Counted from the first letter of the stretch, positions 30,157-42,261 are shown. The stretch: DNA of 64,000 nt from an uncultured Trueperaceae bacterium (GCA_963799485.1 CAWCXJ010000012.1:32001-96000); one strand, 5' to 3'. The notes: a model not told the origin generated them from the sequence alone. Numbers and translations: made by a program.

Positions 30157-31338
30157 CTAGTCGGAGAGTGCCGCGATACCGGGCAGCGTTTTACCCTCTA
30201 AAAACTCCAAGCTCGCCCCGCCCCCTGTCGAGATGTGGTCGAACTCCTCAGCTACGCCTACCGCGTTTACGGCGGCGACCGAATCGCCGCCGCCGACGAC
30301 CGTATAGGCGTCTAAACGGGCTAAGGTTTCGGCGACAGCGCGGGTGCCTTTGTCAAAAGGAGAGACTTCAAACACGCCCAGCGGCCCGTTCCAAAGGACG
30401 GTTTTGGCGTTTTGAAGCACAGCCTGATAGCTTTTAACCGCCTCCGGCCCCGCGTCGAGACCTAACCAACCGTCCGGAATCTTGTCCGACGGATAGACTT
30501 CGGTTTCAGCACCCGTTTCTATTTTCTGCGCACACACCGAATCTTGAGGCAGATGCAGCGTCACACCTTTTGCCCGCGCTTGTTCAAGCAAACCCAAAGC
30601 CAGCTCGAGCTTGTCGTCTTCAACTAAAGACCCGCCGACACTGCCGCCCTGCGCCTTAAAAAAGGTGTAGGCCATCGCCCCGCCGATCAAAATGTCGTCG
30701 GCAACGTCCAGCATCGACTCAATCACACCGATTTTGTCTGAGACTTTTGCGCCGCCGACAATCATCGCAAAGGGTTTTTCGGGCTGCTCTAAAAGCTTTG
30801 ACAAAACTTCGTTTTCACGCGCCAACAAGAGCCCCGCCGCACCCGGCAGGAGTTGGGCGACACCTTCGGTACTCGAGTGCGCCCGGTGCGCCGCGCCAAA
30901 AGCGTCGTTGACGTAAACATCGGCATACTCGGCAAGTTTTTTGGCAAGCACCGGGTCGTTTTTAGTTTCACGTGAGTCGAAACGGGTGTTTTCTAGAAGC
31001 GTGACGCTGCCCGGTTCAGCTTCGGCGACAAACTTCGCCTGTTCATCGGATGCAGGGCCGTCCGTCGGCTTGTAGCGCACCTCTTGGCCTAAAAGCTCAC
31101 CGAGCCGCGCCGCAACCGGCCCCAAGCGGCTTTTTTCTTCGGGCGCTTTGGGCCGTCCCAAATGACTCATCAAAATCAGCGTTGCGCCTTCGTCCAGAAG
31201 TTTTTCAAGCGTCGGCAAGGTCGCCTGAATCCGGCTGTCGTCGCCTATCTCGCCGTTTTTAAGCGGAACGTTGAAGTCGGCGCGAACCAGCACGCGCTTG
31301 TTTTTTACGTCCAGTGTGTCCAGTGTCCTCAGCGCCAT
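30157..31338 (-). CDS. pgk: Phosphoglycerate kinase
   Basis: RADFNVP, SHLGRP, DAFGAAHRAH, STGGGASLE. Confidence 0.98.
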   Translation of the reverse strand: MALRTLDTLDVKNKRVLVRADFNVPLKNGEIGDDSRIQATLPTLEKLLDEGATLILMSHLGRPKAPEEKSRLGPVAARLGELLGQEVRYKPTDGPASDEQAKFVAEAEPGSVTLLENTRFDSRETKNDPVLAKKLAEYADVYVNDAFGAAHRAHSSTEGVAQLLPGAAGLLLARENEVLSKLLEQPEKPFAMIVGGAKVSDKIGVIESMLDVADDILIGGAMAYTFFKAQGGSVGGSLVEDDKLELALGLLEQARAKGVTLHLPQDSVCAQKIETGAETEVYPSDKIPDGWLGLDAGPEAVKSYQAVLQNAKTVLWNGPLGVFEVSPFDKGTRAVAETLARLDAYTVVGGGDSVAAVNAVGVAEEFDHISTGGGASLEFLEGKTLPGIAALSD

Positions 31339-31351
31339 GATGCTCCTTACG

Positions 31352-31381
31352 AAAAAGCGGTCAGCTTTTGATGCTGACCGC
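31352..31381 (-). terminator. Hairpin/terminator between gap and pgk
   Basis: GCGGTCAGC..GCTGACCGC stem followed by TTTTT on the minus strand. Confidence 0.65.
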
Positions 31382-31398
31382 AGTGCATTTCTGTCGGT

Positions 31399-32436
<1,038 letters not shown>

Positions 32437-32575
32437 TTACCCTATGCGGTTTGGCTCGAGATAGTGCGCGCCGCGAAATCAGCTCGGGTAGTCGGTTCTG
32501 AAAAAGATGCAAAAGGGCGAGGCTTGTACAACTCACCCTTTTACGGTGTTCGTCTAACAGCGTTCGGAGTTCACC

Positions 32576-35500
32576 TCAAACAGCTTGTTTCGGTTTTTCA
32601 GTCTTGCCCAAGTTGATTGTCAACGGTGTTCCCTCAACTTCAGCTTCTTCACTGTAAACGGCGTCAGAGAGCGGTTCAAAACTGACCTCAGCCGCCAAGA
32701 CTTCGTTTTGAATCGTCCCTAAGTGCGTTTTTACGGCTCCGAGTACCTCTCCTGTTGCTTGCAAACTAAGTGCGATGGTGTCCGAAACCTCGAGCCCCGC
32801 GTTTTTACGGGCATTTTGCACAAGCCGGATGACGTCTCGAGCCAACCCTTCTTGCACCAACTCGGGCGTGAGCTGCGTATTCAGCGCAGCCAAGTAACCG
32901 CGTTCTTCAAGTGCCGTAAAACCTTCCGGGCTCTTCGCGTCGAGGAGGAAGGCTTCGGGCTCGAGCCGGTGCTCTTCACCGTTCAAAACCAGAACGGTTT
33001 CACAGCCCTCACGGACATTTCTGGCGATGTCACGCCCGTCGGTTTCCTGAATCGCTTTTCTGAGCGCCGGGATGAGCTTGCCGAAACGTTTGCCGATGAG
33101 GGGTAGGTTCGGTTTTACGTCGTATTCGACAAAATCGGCAGTCACGTCCAGGTAGGTGGCTTTTTTGACGTTGAGTTCTTCTAAGAGTTGGGGCTCGAGC
33201 GTTTTCAGTCCCGCTAACTCTTCAGCGCTCCGAACGCGCACCAACACTTCGGGCAGCGGCTGCCGCGTCTTGACCTTCGAGGCGGCCCGCGCTCCGCGTC
33301 CGAGTTCGACAATCCGGACGAGCGCGTTCATATCCCGCAGAAGGGCGTCATCAATGAGTGAGGCGTCGGCTTCGGGCCAGCTCGAGAGATGCACCGATTC
33401 GGGCGCGTCCCTTGTAACGGATAAGACCAGGTTACGGTAGAGCGCGTCGGAGATAAAGGGGGCCAAAGGTGCCATCAGCTTTGTGAGCGTGACGAGCGCC
33501 TCGTAAAGCGTTTTGTACGCCGCGAGTTTGTCGGCGTCGGCCCCGGACTTCCAGAAGCGGCGGCGGTTGCGCCGCACGTACCAGTTCGACAGGTCGCTCA
33601 CGACGAAATCGCGGATAAGTCGGCTCGCACTCGTGGGGTCGTAGGTCTCGAGCCTTCCCGTCACGTCCCGGACGAGCGCGTGTGTTTTGGCAACCAACCA
33701 GCGGTCGATGTCGGGGCGCTCAGCCACAGGAACCGCTTGTGTCAGGTCGGGTTTGTCCAGGTTGGCGTACAAGACGAAAAAACTGTAAGTATTCCAGAGC
33801 GTCATAAAGAGGTCGCGCTGCGTTTCCTCAACCAGCGCGGGCGAAAACCGCTTCTGGTCGCCGGGTTCGGACGCGGCAAACATGTACCAGCGCACGCAGT
33901 CCGCGCCGTAACGGTCGAACAGCGGGATGGGTTGGATGACGTTGCCTTTAGACTTCGACATCTTTTTGCCGTACTCGTCAACGATATGACCCAGACAGAT
34001 GACGTTTTTGTACGCCGGAGCGCCGTAAAGCAGCGTGCTGATAGCGTGCAGACTGTAGAACCAGCCGCGCGTCTGGTCGATGGCTTCACAGATGTAGTCG
34101 GCGGGGAAATGTGCTTTGAACTGCTCGAGACCCTCCTCGGCACCGGGCAACGGTTTGTCACCGTCAGCGTCCAGCAACAAGTGCCACTGCGCGTAGGGCA
34201 TCGAACCCGAATCGAACCAGACATCTAAGACTTCCGGCACCCGCTTGAATAGTTTTCCGTCTTTCGTAAACGTCACATCGTCGATATACGGGCGGTGCAA
34301 ATCCAATTCTGACAAGTCGCGTCCTGCCAGCTCCGAAAGTTCCTGCACGCTGCCGACACAGACCATCTCGCTGCCGTCTTCAGCGACCCAGAAGGGGAGG
34401 GGTGTGCCCCAGTAGCGTTCGCGGGAGATGGCCCAGTCCACGTTGCTCTCCAACCACCGCCCGAAGCGCCCGTGTTTGATATTTTTCGGCACCCAGTTGA
34501 TTTTCTCGTTTTGCTCTAACAACTCCGGCGTCATCCGCTGCGTCCGGACGTACCACGACGGTTTGGCGAAATACAAAATCGGGTCGCCGGTGCGGTCGTG
34601 AAAGGGGTAGCGGTGGCGGTAGACTCCGGCCCGGTACATGAGACCTCGAGCCCCCAGATCTTCAATCAGCACCTTGTCGGCGTCTTTGAAAAATTGCCCG
34701 CGTGCGTTTGTCACCTGCATCACGCCGTGGTCGTTCGTTCCAAACACCAGCGGCGTGCCGTAAACCCGGCTGAGCTCCAGGTCTTCCGCGCCGTAAACCG
34801 GGGCTTCGTGCGCAACGCCCGAACCGTCTTGGGCGCTGACAAAATCCGCGAGTGCGACAAAGTGCATCCGGCCCGTCACACCGAGTTCTGTGACGACTTC
34901 CGGAAACGGTTGGGCGTAACCCCAGAACTCCATGTCTCGTCCCCGTAAAGTGGCGAGCACCGCGAGCGGTTCCGCGTGCAGCTCTGACACCCGTTCTACG
35001 GCGTCTTGGGCCACGATGATCGGCCCGACAGGACTCCTGCAAACGGCGTAAGTCAGCTCCGGGTTCACCGCCGCCATCGTATTCGACGGCAGCGTCCAGG
35101 GCGTCGTCGTCCAGACCACTAACGCGAGTTCCGGCAGGTCGGCGAGTTTTACGTTTTGCGCCGCCAATGCGTCCAGCACCGCCTGCGGCGTCGTCTCCGG
35201 TTTTACGGGGAAGCGGACGTAAACACTCGGGTCATCCACCTCGCGGTACGAGTCCTCTTCACCCAACTCGGCTTTGGAGAGCGTGGTAGCGATACGCGGC
35301 GACAGTGGCACGACCTTGTAATCTTGCGCGACCAGACCTTTAGCCCATAACCGCTGCAGCAGGTTCCACACCGATTCGATGTAGGGGTTTTCGTAGGTGA
35401 TATACGCGCCCTCTAGGTCAACCCAAAACCCCAAGCGTTCGGTAAAAACGTTCCAGTCCTGAATGGTGCTCCACACCGATTCGCGGCAGAGGCGGTTAAA

Positions 35501-35872
35501 GGTTTCCAACTCTTCCCGGGTTGCGTCGTGGTTGCGCCCTTGCAAACCGAGTTTTTTCTCTACACTGATTTCAACCGGCAAACCGTGCGTGTCCCAACCG
35601 CCGCGCCGCCCGACGTGGTAGCCCTGCATACTCTTAAAGCGCGGGAACAGGTCCTTGAACGACCGCGCCAGCACATGATGCAGCGCGGGCTGCCCGTTGG
35701 CGGTCGGTGGCCCTTCGTAAAAGACGTACTCGCCTTTGGGTGAGGGTTTGCCTAAAGACTTTTTGAAAATCTCATGCTCGCGCCAGAAGGTGGCGACCTC
35801 CTGCTCTAAGGCCGGAAAATCGGCTCCTTTAACCGCATCGAACATCGGTTTGGTTGCAGCTTTAACCATCAT
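32576..35872 (-). CDS. ileS: Isoleucine--tRNA ligase (type 2)
   Basis: EGPPTANG, ALHH (HIGH variant), GWDTHGLP, WTTTPWTLP, DQTRGWF, KMSKS; GAGGGG RBS before ATG 35872. Confidence 0.97.
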   Translation of the reverse strand: MMVKAATKPMFDAVKGADFPALEQEVATFWREHEIFKKSLGKPSPKGEYVFYEGPPTANGQPALHHVLARSFKDLFPRFKSMQGYHVGRRGGWDTHGLPVEISVEKKLGLQGRNHDATREELETFNRLCRESVWSTIQDWNVFTERLGFWVDLEGAYITYENPYIESVWNLLQRLWAKGLVAQDYKVVPLSPRIATTLSKAELGEEDSYREVDDPSVYVRFPVKPETTPQAVLDALAAQNVKLADLPELALVVWTTTPWTLPSNTMAAVNPELTYAVCRSPVGPIIVAQDAVERVSELHAEPLAVLATLRGRDMEFWGYAQPFPEVVTELGVTGRMHFVALADFVSAQDGSGVAHEAPVYGAEDLELSRVYGTPLVFGTNDHGVMQVTNARGQFFKDADKVLIEDLGARGLMYRAGVYRHRYPFHDRTGDPILYFAKPSWYVRTQRMTPELLEQNEKINWVPKNIKHGRFGRWLESNVDWAISRERYWGTPLPFWVAEDGSEMVCVGSVQELSELAGRDLSELDLHRPYIDDVTFTKDGKLFKRVPEVLDVWFDSGSMPYAQWHLLLDADGDKPLPGAEEGLEQFKAHFPADYICEAIDQTRGWFYSLHAISTLLYGAPAYKNVICLGHIVDEYGKKMSKSKGNVIQPIPLFDRYGADCVRWYMFAASEPGDQKRFSPALVEETQRDLFMTLWNTYSFFVLYANLDKPDLTQAVPVAERPDIDRWLVAKTHALVRDVTGRLETYDPTSASRLIRDFVVSDLSNWYVRRNRRRFWKSGADADKLAAYKTLYEALVTLTKLMAPLAPFISDALYRNLVLSVTRDAPESVHLSSWPEADASLIDDALLRDMNALVRIVELGRGARAASKVKTRQPLPEVLVRVRSAEELAGLKTLEPQLLEELNVKKATYLDVTADFVEYDVKPNLPLIGKRFGKLIPALRKAIQETDGRDIARNVREGCETVLVLNGEEHRLEPEAFLLDAKSPEGFTALEERGYLAALNTQLTPELVQEGLARDVIRLVQNARKNAGLEVSDTIALSLQATGEVLGAVKTHLGTIQNEVLAAEVSFEPLSDAVYSEEAEVEGTPLTINLGKTEKPKQAV

Positions 35873-35891
35873 TTCCCCTCGCCGGGGCCGC

Positions 35892-36203
35892 AAAAAAGCG
35901 CCCCAAAACTTAACGATTGGGACGCCCGGAATGTCTGAGAGCGTGATACCACCCAACTTCGCCGCTGCGTCACCGCCTCGGCCTCTGTGATTGCCCCCGT
36001 AAAAGTCGGGGAGAACCTGCCGCTGTCACGTGCGGCTCACGTTCCCGTCTACTCAGGTCGCCGTAAAACTCGTTACCGTAACGGCTGCCTTTTCGGGGGA
36101 CGGCTCGAGGCTGATTTTCGCGGGCTCCGCGTGTTACCGGGCTTTCACCGTCCCCGGCTCGCTCTTAACCGCTTTTAGCCCCTACTCGTACCTGTCATCG
36201 CCT
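35892..36203 (-). promoter_or_regulatory. T-box riboswitch with Ile (AUC) specifier
   Basis: GCGATGACAGGTACGAGTAG start, AGCGAGCCGGGGACGGTGAAAGCCCGG stem I, GAAA-ATC specifier (36115-36113), T-box TTGGGTGGTATCACG, terminator ending GGGGCGCTTTTTT. Confidence 0.92.
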
Positions 36204-36454
36204 TTATTTTTACCCAGTCAAGGGTTTTTGCATCGTCTACGCTTTACATCGGCGCGTGACCATGCGTATACTCAGGTTAGCAGCACCACACAGGCACGTC
36301 AACACGCCGCGCTGCACACCCGCTGACAATTAGAAGTGCAACTATCCGGGTGCTGCAGCCTTACCAAGCTGGACAATCTTGCTGTCACTATGGCCTCTGT
36401 GCCCGTCATCTTGGTTTAGTAGCTGTGCAGATATATTATGAAAGTCGAGCCTCC

Positions 36455-38107
36455 ATGAGCGAAGCCAACGAAAGCGATACCCAAACCCTCGAGCCGGGCA
36501 CCGACGAGGTTGCGCCGCAGCCACGCCGCCGTGGTCGGCCCAAGGGCAGCGGGCGTAAAAAAGACCCCGAAGCCGATACCGAACCTGCCTCTGATACGAC
36601 CGCAGAAGTTGACCAAAACGCGGCTCCCGCCGCAGAGAGTGAAGCTGCCGAACCCGTCAAACGCCGGGGCAGGCGTCCGAACCGTCCGCAAGCAGCTGAC
36701 GTAGAAACCCAAGAGCGTGACGACGGCGATACCGAAGCTCGCGGCGCTGATGCTAGGGACACCGACGAAGACAGTGAACGCAGTGCCTCAGAACGAGAAG
36801 ACACCTCTAGCAACGCCCCGCGCCGAGGTCGTAACAGCCGTAACACGCGCCGCCCGACGCTTAACTACCGCGACCTGCAAGCCAAAATCTTGCCCGAGCT
36901 GCACCTCTTGGCTATCGAGGTCGGTTTGTCGGACTACCGTCAGCTCAGCAAAGACGAGCTTTCGGTGGCTATTTTAGAGCGCGCTGCGGAAGCCGAGGGG
37001 TTGCGCCTCGTTAAAGGCTACCTGGAGATTTCGTCGGACGGCTACGGTTTTTTGCAAGAATCGCTGCTGCAAAACAACACCCGCTCGGTTATCGTTTCAG
37101 CGGGACTGATTAAACAGTTCAAGCTCCGCACCGGCGACTTTATCCTGGGTAAAGCCCGCCGCCCCCGCGATAACGAGCGTTACGGTACGCTTATCCGGGT
37201 GGAAGCGGTCAACGGCGTCGACCCGTTCCAGGCCGCCAGACGCCCCCGGTTCGACGACCTCGTCCCGATGTTCCCCGACGCACGGATCAAGCTCGAGACC
37301 ACCCAAAGCGAGGTTGCCGCGCGCGTTATCGACCTGTTAGCCCCCATCGGGCGCGGTCAGCGCGGACTTATCGTCGCGCCACCCAAAGCCGGGAAAACGA
37401 CGCTGCTCAAAAAAATCGCCAACTCGGTCGTGCAAAACGAACCCGACATCAAGGTCATCGTGCTGTTGGTCGACGAGCGCCCCGAAGAGGTCACGGACTT
37501 CCGCGAATCGGTTTCGGGTGTCGAGGTCATCGCCAGTACCTTCGATGAACCGCCGACCAACCACATCCGCGTCGCAGAATTCGTCCACGAACGCAGCCGC
37601 CGCATCGTTGAAGAGGGCGGTCACGTGATGATCTTGCTCGATTCGATTACACGGCTGGCGCGCGCGAACAACCTCGTGACGCCGCCGACCGGACGCACCC
37701 TTTCGGGCGGTCTTGACTCTTCAGCGCTCCACTGGCCCAAGCGCTTTTTGGGTGCAGCCCGTAATATCCGGGGCGGCGGTTCGCTCTCGATCTTGGCAAC
37801 GGCTCTGGTTGAAACCGGTTCCCGCATGGACGATGTGATTTTTGAAGAGTTTAAGGGTACGGGCAATATGGAGCTGCACCTGTCGCGCCGTTTGGAAGAG
37901 CGCCGCATCTTTCCGGCTATCGACATCCTCAAATCGGGAACACGCCGCGAAGACCTGCTTTTGGGTGAAGATGTGCTGGCTAAGATGTGGCTGCTGCGCA
38001 AAGTCATCTCCGACATGGACCCGGCGGAAGCGATGGACATGCTGTTGTCACGTCTGGGCCGCGTTAAAACCAACGGTGAGTTCTTATCGACGCTGGGGCA
38101 AGGGTAA
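36455..38107 (+). CDS. rho: Transcription termination factor Rho with long charged N-terminal extension
   Basis: GYLEI..DGYGFL, PIGRGQRGLIVAPPKAGKT, DERPEEVTD, EEFKGTGNMEL. Confidence 0.97.
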   Translation: MSEANESDTQTLEPGTDEVAPQPRRRGRPKGSGRKKDPEADTEPASDTTAEVDQNAAPAAESEAAEPVKRRGRRPNRPQAADVETQERDDGDTEARGADARDTDEDSERSASEREDTSSNAPRRGRNSRNTRRPTLNYRDLQAKILPELHLLAIEVGLSDYRQLSKDELSVAILERAAEAEGLRLVKGYLEISSDGYGFLQESLLQNNTRSVIVSAGLIKQFKLRTGDFILGKARRPRDNERYGTLIRVEAVNGVDPFQAARRPRFDDLVPMFPDARIKLETTQSEVAARVIDLLAPIGRGQRGLIVAPPKAGKTTLLKKIANSVVQNEPDIKVIVLLVDERPEEVTDFRESVSGVEVIASTFDEPPTNHIRVAEFVHERSRRIVEEGGHVMILLDSITRLARANNLVTPPTGRTLSGGLDSSALHWPKRFLGAARNIRGGGSLSILATALVETGSRMDDVIFEEFKGTGNMELHLSRRLEERRIFPAIDILKSGTRREDLLLGEDVLAKMWLLRKVISDMDPAEAMDMLLSRLGRVKTNGEFLSTLGQG

Positions 38108-38209
38108 CTGCAAGGAGCGTCGGTTAAACCTCGGAATCGTTCCGACTTTCTTGACGTGACCACGCGGCGCGGTCTATAGTTGCCTTTAACTAACCCCCGG
38201 GAGGACACT

Positions 38210-38656
38210 ATGTGGGTTTCGACACGCGCACAATACGGGATGCGGGCACTTGTAGAGATTGCCCTCAGCAGTGAGCCGACGAGTCTCAAGGTCGTCGCCG
38301 ACCGACAAAACATCAGCCAGCACTACTTGGAGCAGATCATCGCAGTTTTACGGCGCGCCGGGATCGTCGAATCGACGCGCGGCGCTTACGGCGGCTACCG
38401 CGTCGCCCGGCCTCTCGATGAAGTTACGGCGCTCGAGGTCGTCGAACTCATGGAAGGCAGCCTCGCGCCGGTCGCCTGTATCGAAGACACAGGCGCGTGC
38501 GAACACACCGGGCACTGCTCGACGGAAACGCTCTGGAACCGCGTCGATAGCGCCGTCCGCGACGTTTTGGGCAGTACGACCCTGGCGCAACTTGTTTCGG
38601 AACGGCAGCTTTTGCAGCTCGAGCCTTTGCCCGAACAGTTCGCTGGAGCGAATTAA
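38210..38656 (+). CDS. Rrf2 family regulator (IscR/CymR-like, three Cys)
   Basis: STRAQYGMRAL, YLEQI, RGAYGGY, C..C..C cluster. Confidence 0.92.
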   Translation: MWVSTRAQYGMRALVEIALSSEPTSLKVVADRQNISQHYLEQIIAVLRRAGIVESTRGAYGGYRVARPLDEVTALEVVELMEGSLAPVACIEDTGACEHTGHCSTETLWNRVDSAVRDVLGSTTLAQLVSERQLLQLEPLPEQFAGAN

Positions 38657-38764
38657 CAGATTTTTCTCAACTTTACGGTGCGGGCACTGTTCGCACCGTT
38701 TTTTACGGTCAACTTTTACGGTTAGCCAACTCGGTTTACGCTCTGTGCCATCTAAAATAGTCTT

Positions 38765-39901
38765 ATGAACGCTTACCTCGACTACGCCGCGACGACGCCC
38801 CTCGAGCCCCTCGTTTTAGAAGCGATGCTCCCGGCCCTGAACGCCGATTACGGCAACCCGGCGTCTTTGCACCGTGCCGGACAGCGGGCGCGTAAGGCAG
38901 TCGAGACGGCGCGGGAACAGTTGGCGCAAGCTATTAACGCGCAACCTCGCGACCTGACTTTTACCTCCGGCGCAACCGAAGCCGATAACCACGCCCTACG
39001 CGCTTACGCTTTGCAGTTTCCGGGTGGGCATATCGTGACGAGTTTGCTCGAGCACGCCGCCGTTTTAAGCACCTGCAAATACCTCGAGACCCAGGGCTGG
39101 CAGGTGACGTACCTACAACCCAACGCGCGCGGCGAAATCACCTCGGACGCAGTTCAAGCGGCGTTACAACCTGACACCTTTTTAGTCGCATTGATGCTTG
39201 TCAACAACGAAACCGGCGTCATCACCGATATTCCGGCTATCAGTCAAATTGTTCATGAGGCTGGCGCAGCGCTTTTTTGCGACGCGGTACAGGCGTTCGG
39301 CGTGATGGACGTAAACGTGCAAACTCTGGGCGCGGATATGCTGGCGCTCTCGGCGCACAAGGTTTACGGCCCGAAAGGGGTCGGGGCACTTTATGTGAAA
39401 AGCGGCCTCGAGCTTTCTCCTTTTTTGCTCGGCGGTGAGCAAGAACGCGGTCTCCGCGCCGGCACCTTAAACGTTCCGGCGATTGTCGGCTTTGGTCGGG
39501 CGGCGGAGTTGGCGCAAGAACGTTTGGGGACAGACCCGCTCGAGCTTGCGCGGTTGCGGGATAGGCTCGCGGCTCACCTCTTAAACATAGACGGCGTAAA
39601 CCTCAACGCCCCCGGTGCGCCGCGTAGCCCGAAACATCTGAACGTCCGGGTTGCCGGCGTCGACGGGGAAGACCTGCTGATGGGACTAGACGCCGCCGGG
39701 GTTTACGCGAGTGCGGGGTCGGCGTGTGCGGCGGGGACGCTCGAGCCTTCTCACGTCCTGTTGGCAATGGGCCTGGCTCACCGTGAAGCAAAAGCGAGTA
39801 TTCGTTTCTCACTTGGGCGTGGGGTAACAGAGGAGCTGGTGGAGTACGCCGCAAAATCTTTTGCCGAGGTGACGGAGCGCGTGCGAATGTACGCGGTCTA
39901 G
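38765..39901 (+). CDS. iscS: Cysteine desulfurase
   Basis: YLDYAATTP, FTSGATE, NNETG, SAHKVYGPKG, SAGSAC. Confidence 0.93.
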   Translation: MNAYLDYAATTPLEPLVLEAMLPALNADYGNPASLHRAGQRARKAVETAREQLAQAINAQPRDLTFTSGATEADNHALRAYALQFPGGHIVTSLLEHAAVLSTCKYLETQGWQVTYLQPNARGEITSDAVQAALQPDTFLVALMLVNNETGVITDIPAISQIVHEAGAALFCDAVQAFGVMDVNVQTLGADMLALSAHKVYGPKGVGALYVKSGLELSPFLLGGEQERGLRAGTLNVPAIVGFGRAAELAQERLGTDPLELARLRDRLAAHLLNIDGVNLNAPGAPRSPKHLNVRVAGVDGEDLLMGLDAAGVYASAGSACAAGTLEPSHVLLAMGLAHREAKASIRFSLGRGVTEELVEYAAKSFAEVTERVRMYAV

Positions 39902-39940
39902 TGCCCGTATCCGAGGCCACAGGTTGCTCGCCGTAAACCT

Positions 39941-40834
39941 CTACAAAAACCGCTCGAGCCCCCGTGCTACTTTAAGCGCCCGCACGTCCCAATCGCCGTG
40001 CATCTCAGCGTCCCAGCAAGCCGACAAGACCATGTGAACGAACCCCCACCTAGCGAGTTCCTGCCGGCCCAGCCCCAACATCCCGCTAAAAATCTTTAGG
40101 CGACTCGGCAAAAGTGCAATCAGTTCTGCGGCAGTGGCCTGCATGGGGTTGTGCAGATAAGTCCCGACGTCGTAGCCTCTTGCACCGACGATGCCTTTGG
40201 GGTCGATGGCTAAAAAAGGCTCTTTCGTAGCCGTGAGGATATTGCCGTGATGCAGGTCGGCGTGAAGCAGTACGGGGTCTTGCTCGGGATTGAGCCCTTG
40301 CAGTAACCCCTGCGCCTGTCTTTGCAAATCAGTCGGAATGCTTTCGTAATCTTCCCAGAGCGCCCCCGTCCAACTTGTAAGGCTACGAAACAGATTCGGT
40401 TCTACTACCGGACGCCAAAGCCGCCGCATCAGTTCAGCAGTAATTTGAGTATGGGTTTTATCCTCTCCCGGCGTCCAGAGTTCTTGCAGCGAGACACCGG
40501 GGGTGACGCGTTCCAGAAGCAGCGCACTTACGTCGTCAGCTCGTTCTAAAAGCTGACAGATGCCGTCTCCAGCGTAGTACTTCAAGGCTTCGGCTTCACA
40601 AACGATTTCGTCGTTTGGTGGACTCAGTTTGAGGATGCAGGGCGTTCCGTCCAAACGTTGGGCGTAGGCGACGAGGTTGTACGAAAGTTGCGGGACGAGG
40701 CCGGTGACGCGAATGTGCCAGCGAGACTCGAGCCCCGCTAAAGTCTCCGGGAGCGTCTCGAGCCACCCTTCAGCGTCGTCATGAACATCTCGGAGCGCCC
40801 GGAGAAGTGCAGGTGGTAGTGCTAGGTCGATCAT
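39941..40834 (-). CDS. Aminoglycoside/hydroxyurea phosphotransferase family (APH(6)/StrB-like)
   Basis: LLLER, LLHADLHHGNIL, AIDPKG motifs. Confidence 0.85.
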   Translation of the reverse strand: MIDLALPPALLRALRDVHDDAEGWLETLPETLAGLESRWHIRVTGLVPQLSYNLVAYAQRLDGTPCILKLSPPNDEIVCEAEALKYYAGDGICQLLERADDVSALLLERVTPGVSLQELWTPGEDKTHTQITAELMRRLWRPVVEPNLFRSLTSWTGALWEDYESIPTDLQRQAQGLLQGLNPEQDPVLLHADLHHGNILTATKEPFLAIDPKGIVGARGYDVGTYLHNPMQATAAELIALLPSRLKIFSGMLGLGRQELARWGFVHMVLSACWDAEMHGDWDVRALKVARGLERFL

Positions 40835-40920
40835 AAGGCTACGCCGGCAACGCTTCTTTTAGGCGCTTCTGCTGCTATAAAAGACGACTTTACCCGGCGC
40901 ACGGTTAGTTATATCACCTT

Positions 40921-41454
40921 GTGACGGGCGCCTCCATCATGCCGCAAAAGCGCAATCCGGTCGCCTTAGAGCATGCCCGCACGCGTTTTTCACGGGCCTT
41001 GGGTGCGTCGCAGATGGTCTTGTACTCGTCGCACGACATTCCCTACGCCGACCTCAACGATTTTGGCCCGGATATTCAGGGCGCGCTCCAGGCGCTTTTA
41101 TTGCAGCTGAGCGGCGGGCTGGACTTGCTGGATGCGTGCGTAGGTGAGAGCCGTTTCGAGGTCGCGGCCTTTGCTAAGCTTGCCCAAGCTACGGATACGA
41201 GCGCGACCGAGTTGACCGACGAACTGACCAGGCGCGGCCTCAGCTTTCAGGCGCCGCATCGTCTGGTGGGGCGGTTACCAGAGCTCGAGTTGCGCGGCGA
41301 ACCTCTGCAACGCAAAACACCCGGGGACGTGCGGCAACCGGGTGGCCCCGGCCTGAGTGACGCCGAACTGCGCGCGGCGCTCGCGCCCGAGACGTTCGTC
41401 CGCCGCCGTAATGGTATCGGTGCTACGCAGCTAGCGCTAAGAAATCGCACATAA
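40921..41454 (+). pseudogene. C-terminal fragment of argininosuccinate lyase
   Basis: Begins at the lyase signature TGASIMPQKRNP; the N-terminal part is missing. Confidence 0.8.
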
Positions 41455-41517
41455 AAAGTCAAATGACCGTTTGCTTCGTGTCTTTTAGGCGGCGGTTACC
41501 TGCTATATACTCGGCAC

Positions 41518-42261
41518 ATGAACCTCCACTTGAGCGGCAAGGTCGCCCTGGTAACAGCCGGGTCGAAGGGTATCGGTTTAGCGGTGGCGCAGGGGCTCGC
41601 CGCCGAAGGCGTCAGGGTCGCGCTCTGCGCCCGCACTGCAAGAGAAGTCGAGGCGGCGGCAGCAGCGGTGGGCGGGGCCGGGTTCGTCGCGGATGTTTCC
41701 TCAGAAAGCGACCTCGAGCGCCTTTTTCGTGAGGTGCGCGGGACCTTGGGCTCCCCCGATATTCTCGTGACCAACGCAGGCGGCCCACCCTCCGGAACGC
41801 CGACCCAAATCGGTCTGTCCGGTTGGGACGAGGCCTACGCCCTGACCCTGATGTCGGTCGTCCGGCTCGTCCAGCACGCCCTACCCGCTATGCGTCAACG
41901 GGGCTGGGGACGTATCATCAACGTGACCAGCTTGTCGGTACGTGAACCGATAGGGACGCTTACGCTCTCCAACGCGTTTCGCGCTGCGGTGACCGGCTAC
42001 GCCAAAACGCTTGCAGGCGAGGTCGCCGGGGACGGCGTAACGGTCAACAACGTCGCGCCCGGTTACACCGCGACAGCGCACGTCGATGAGCTTTTCGGGG
42101 GCGAAAGGCGGCGGCAGCTCGAGGCCGACATTCCCACAGGCCGTTTCGCCGCGCCCGAAGAGATTGCGGCGGCGGCGGTGTTTCTCGCGTCGCAGGGCGC
42201 TGCCTACATCACCGGACAGACGCTGCTCGTCGATGGTGGACTGACTAAAGGGGTCTACTGA
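41518..42261 (+). CDS. SDR family oxidoreductase
   Basis: TAGSKGIG, LVTNAGGPP, NNVAPG, YITGQTLLVDGG. Confidence 0.93.
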   Translation: MNLHLSGKVALVTAGSKGIGLAVAQGLAAEGVRVALCARTAREVEAAAAAVGGAGFVADVSSESDLERLFREVRGTLGSPDILVTNAGGPPSGTPTQIGLSGWDEAYALTLMSVVRLVQHALPAMRQRGWGRIINVTSLSVREPIGTLTLSNAFRAAVTGYAKTLAGEVAGDGVTVNNVAPGYTATAHVDELFGGERRRQLEADIPTGRFAAPEEIAAAAVFLASQGAAYITGQTLLVDGGLTKGVY

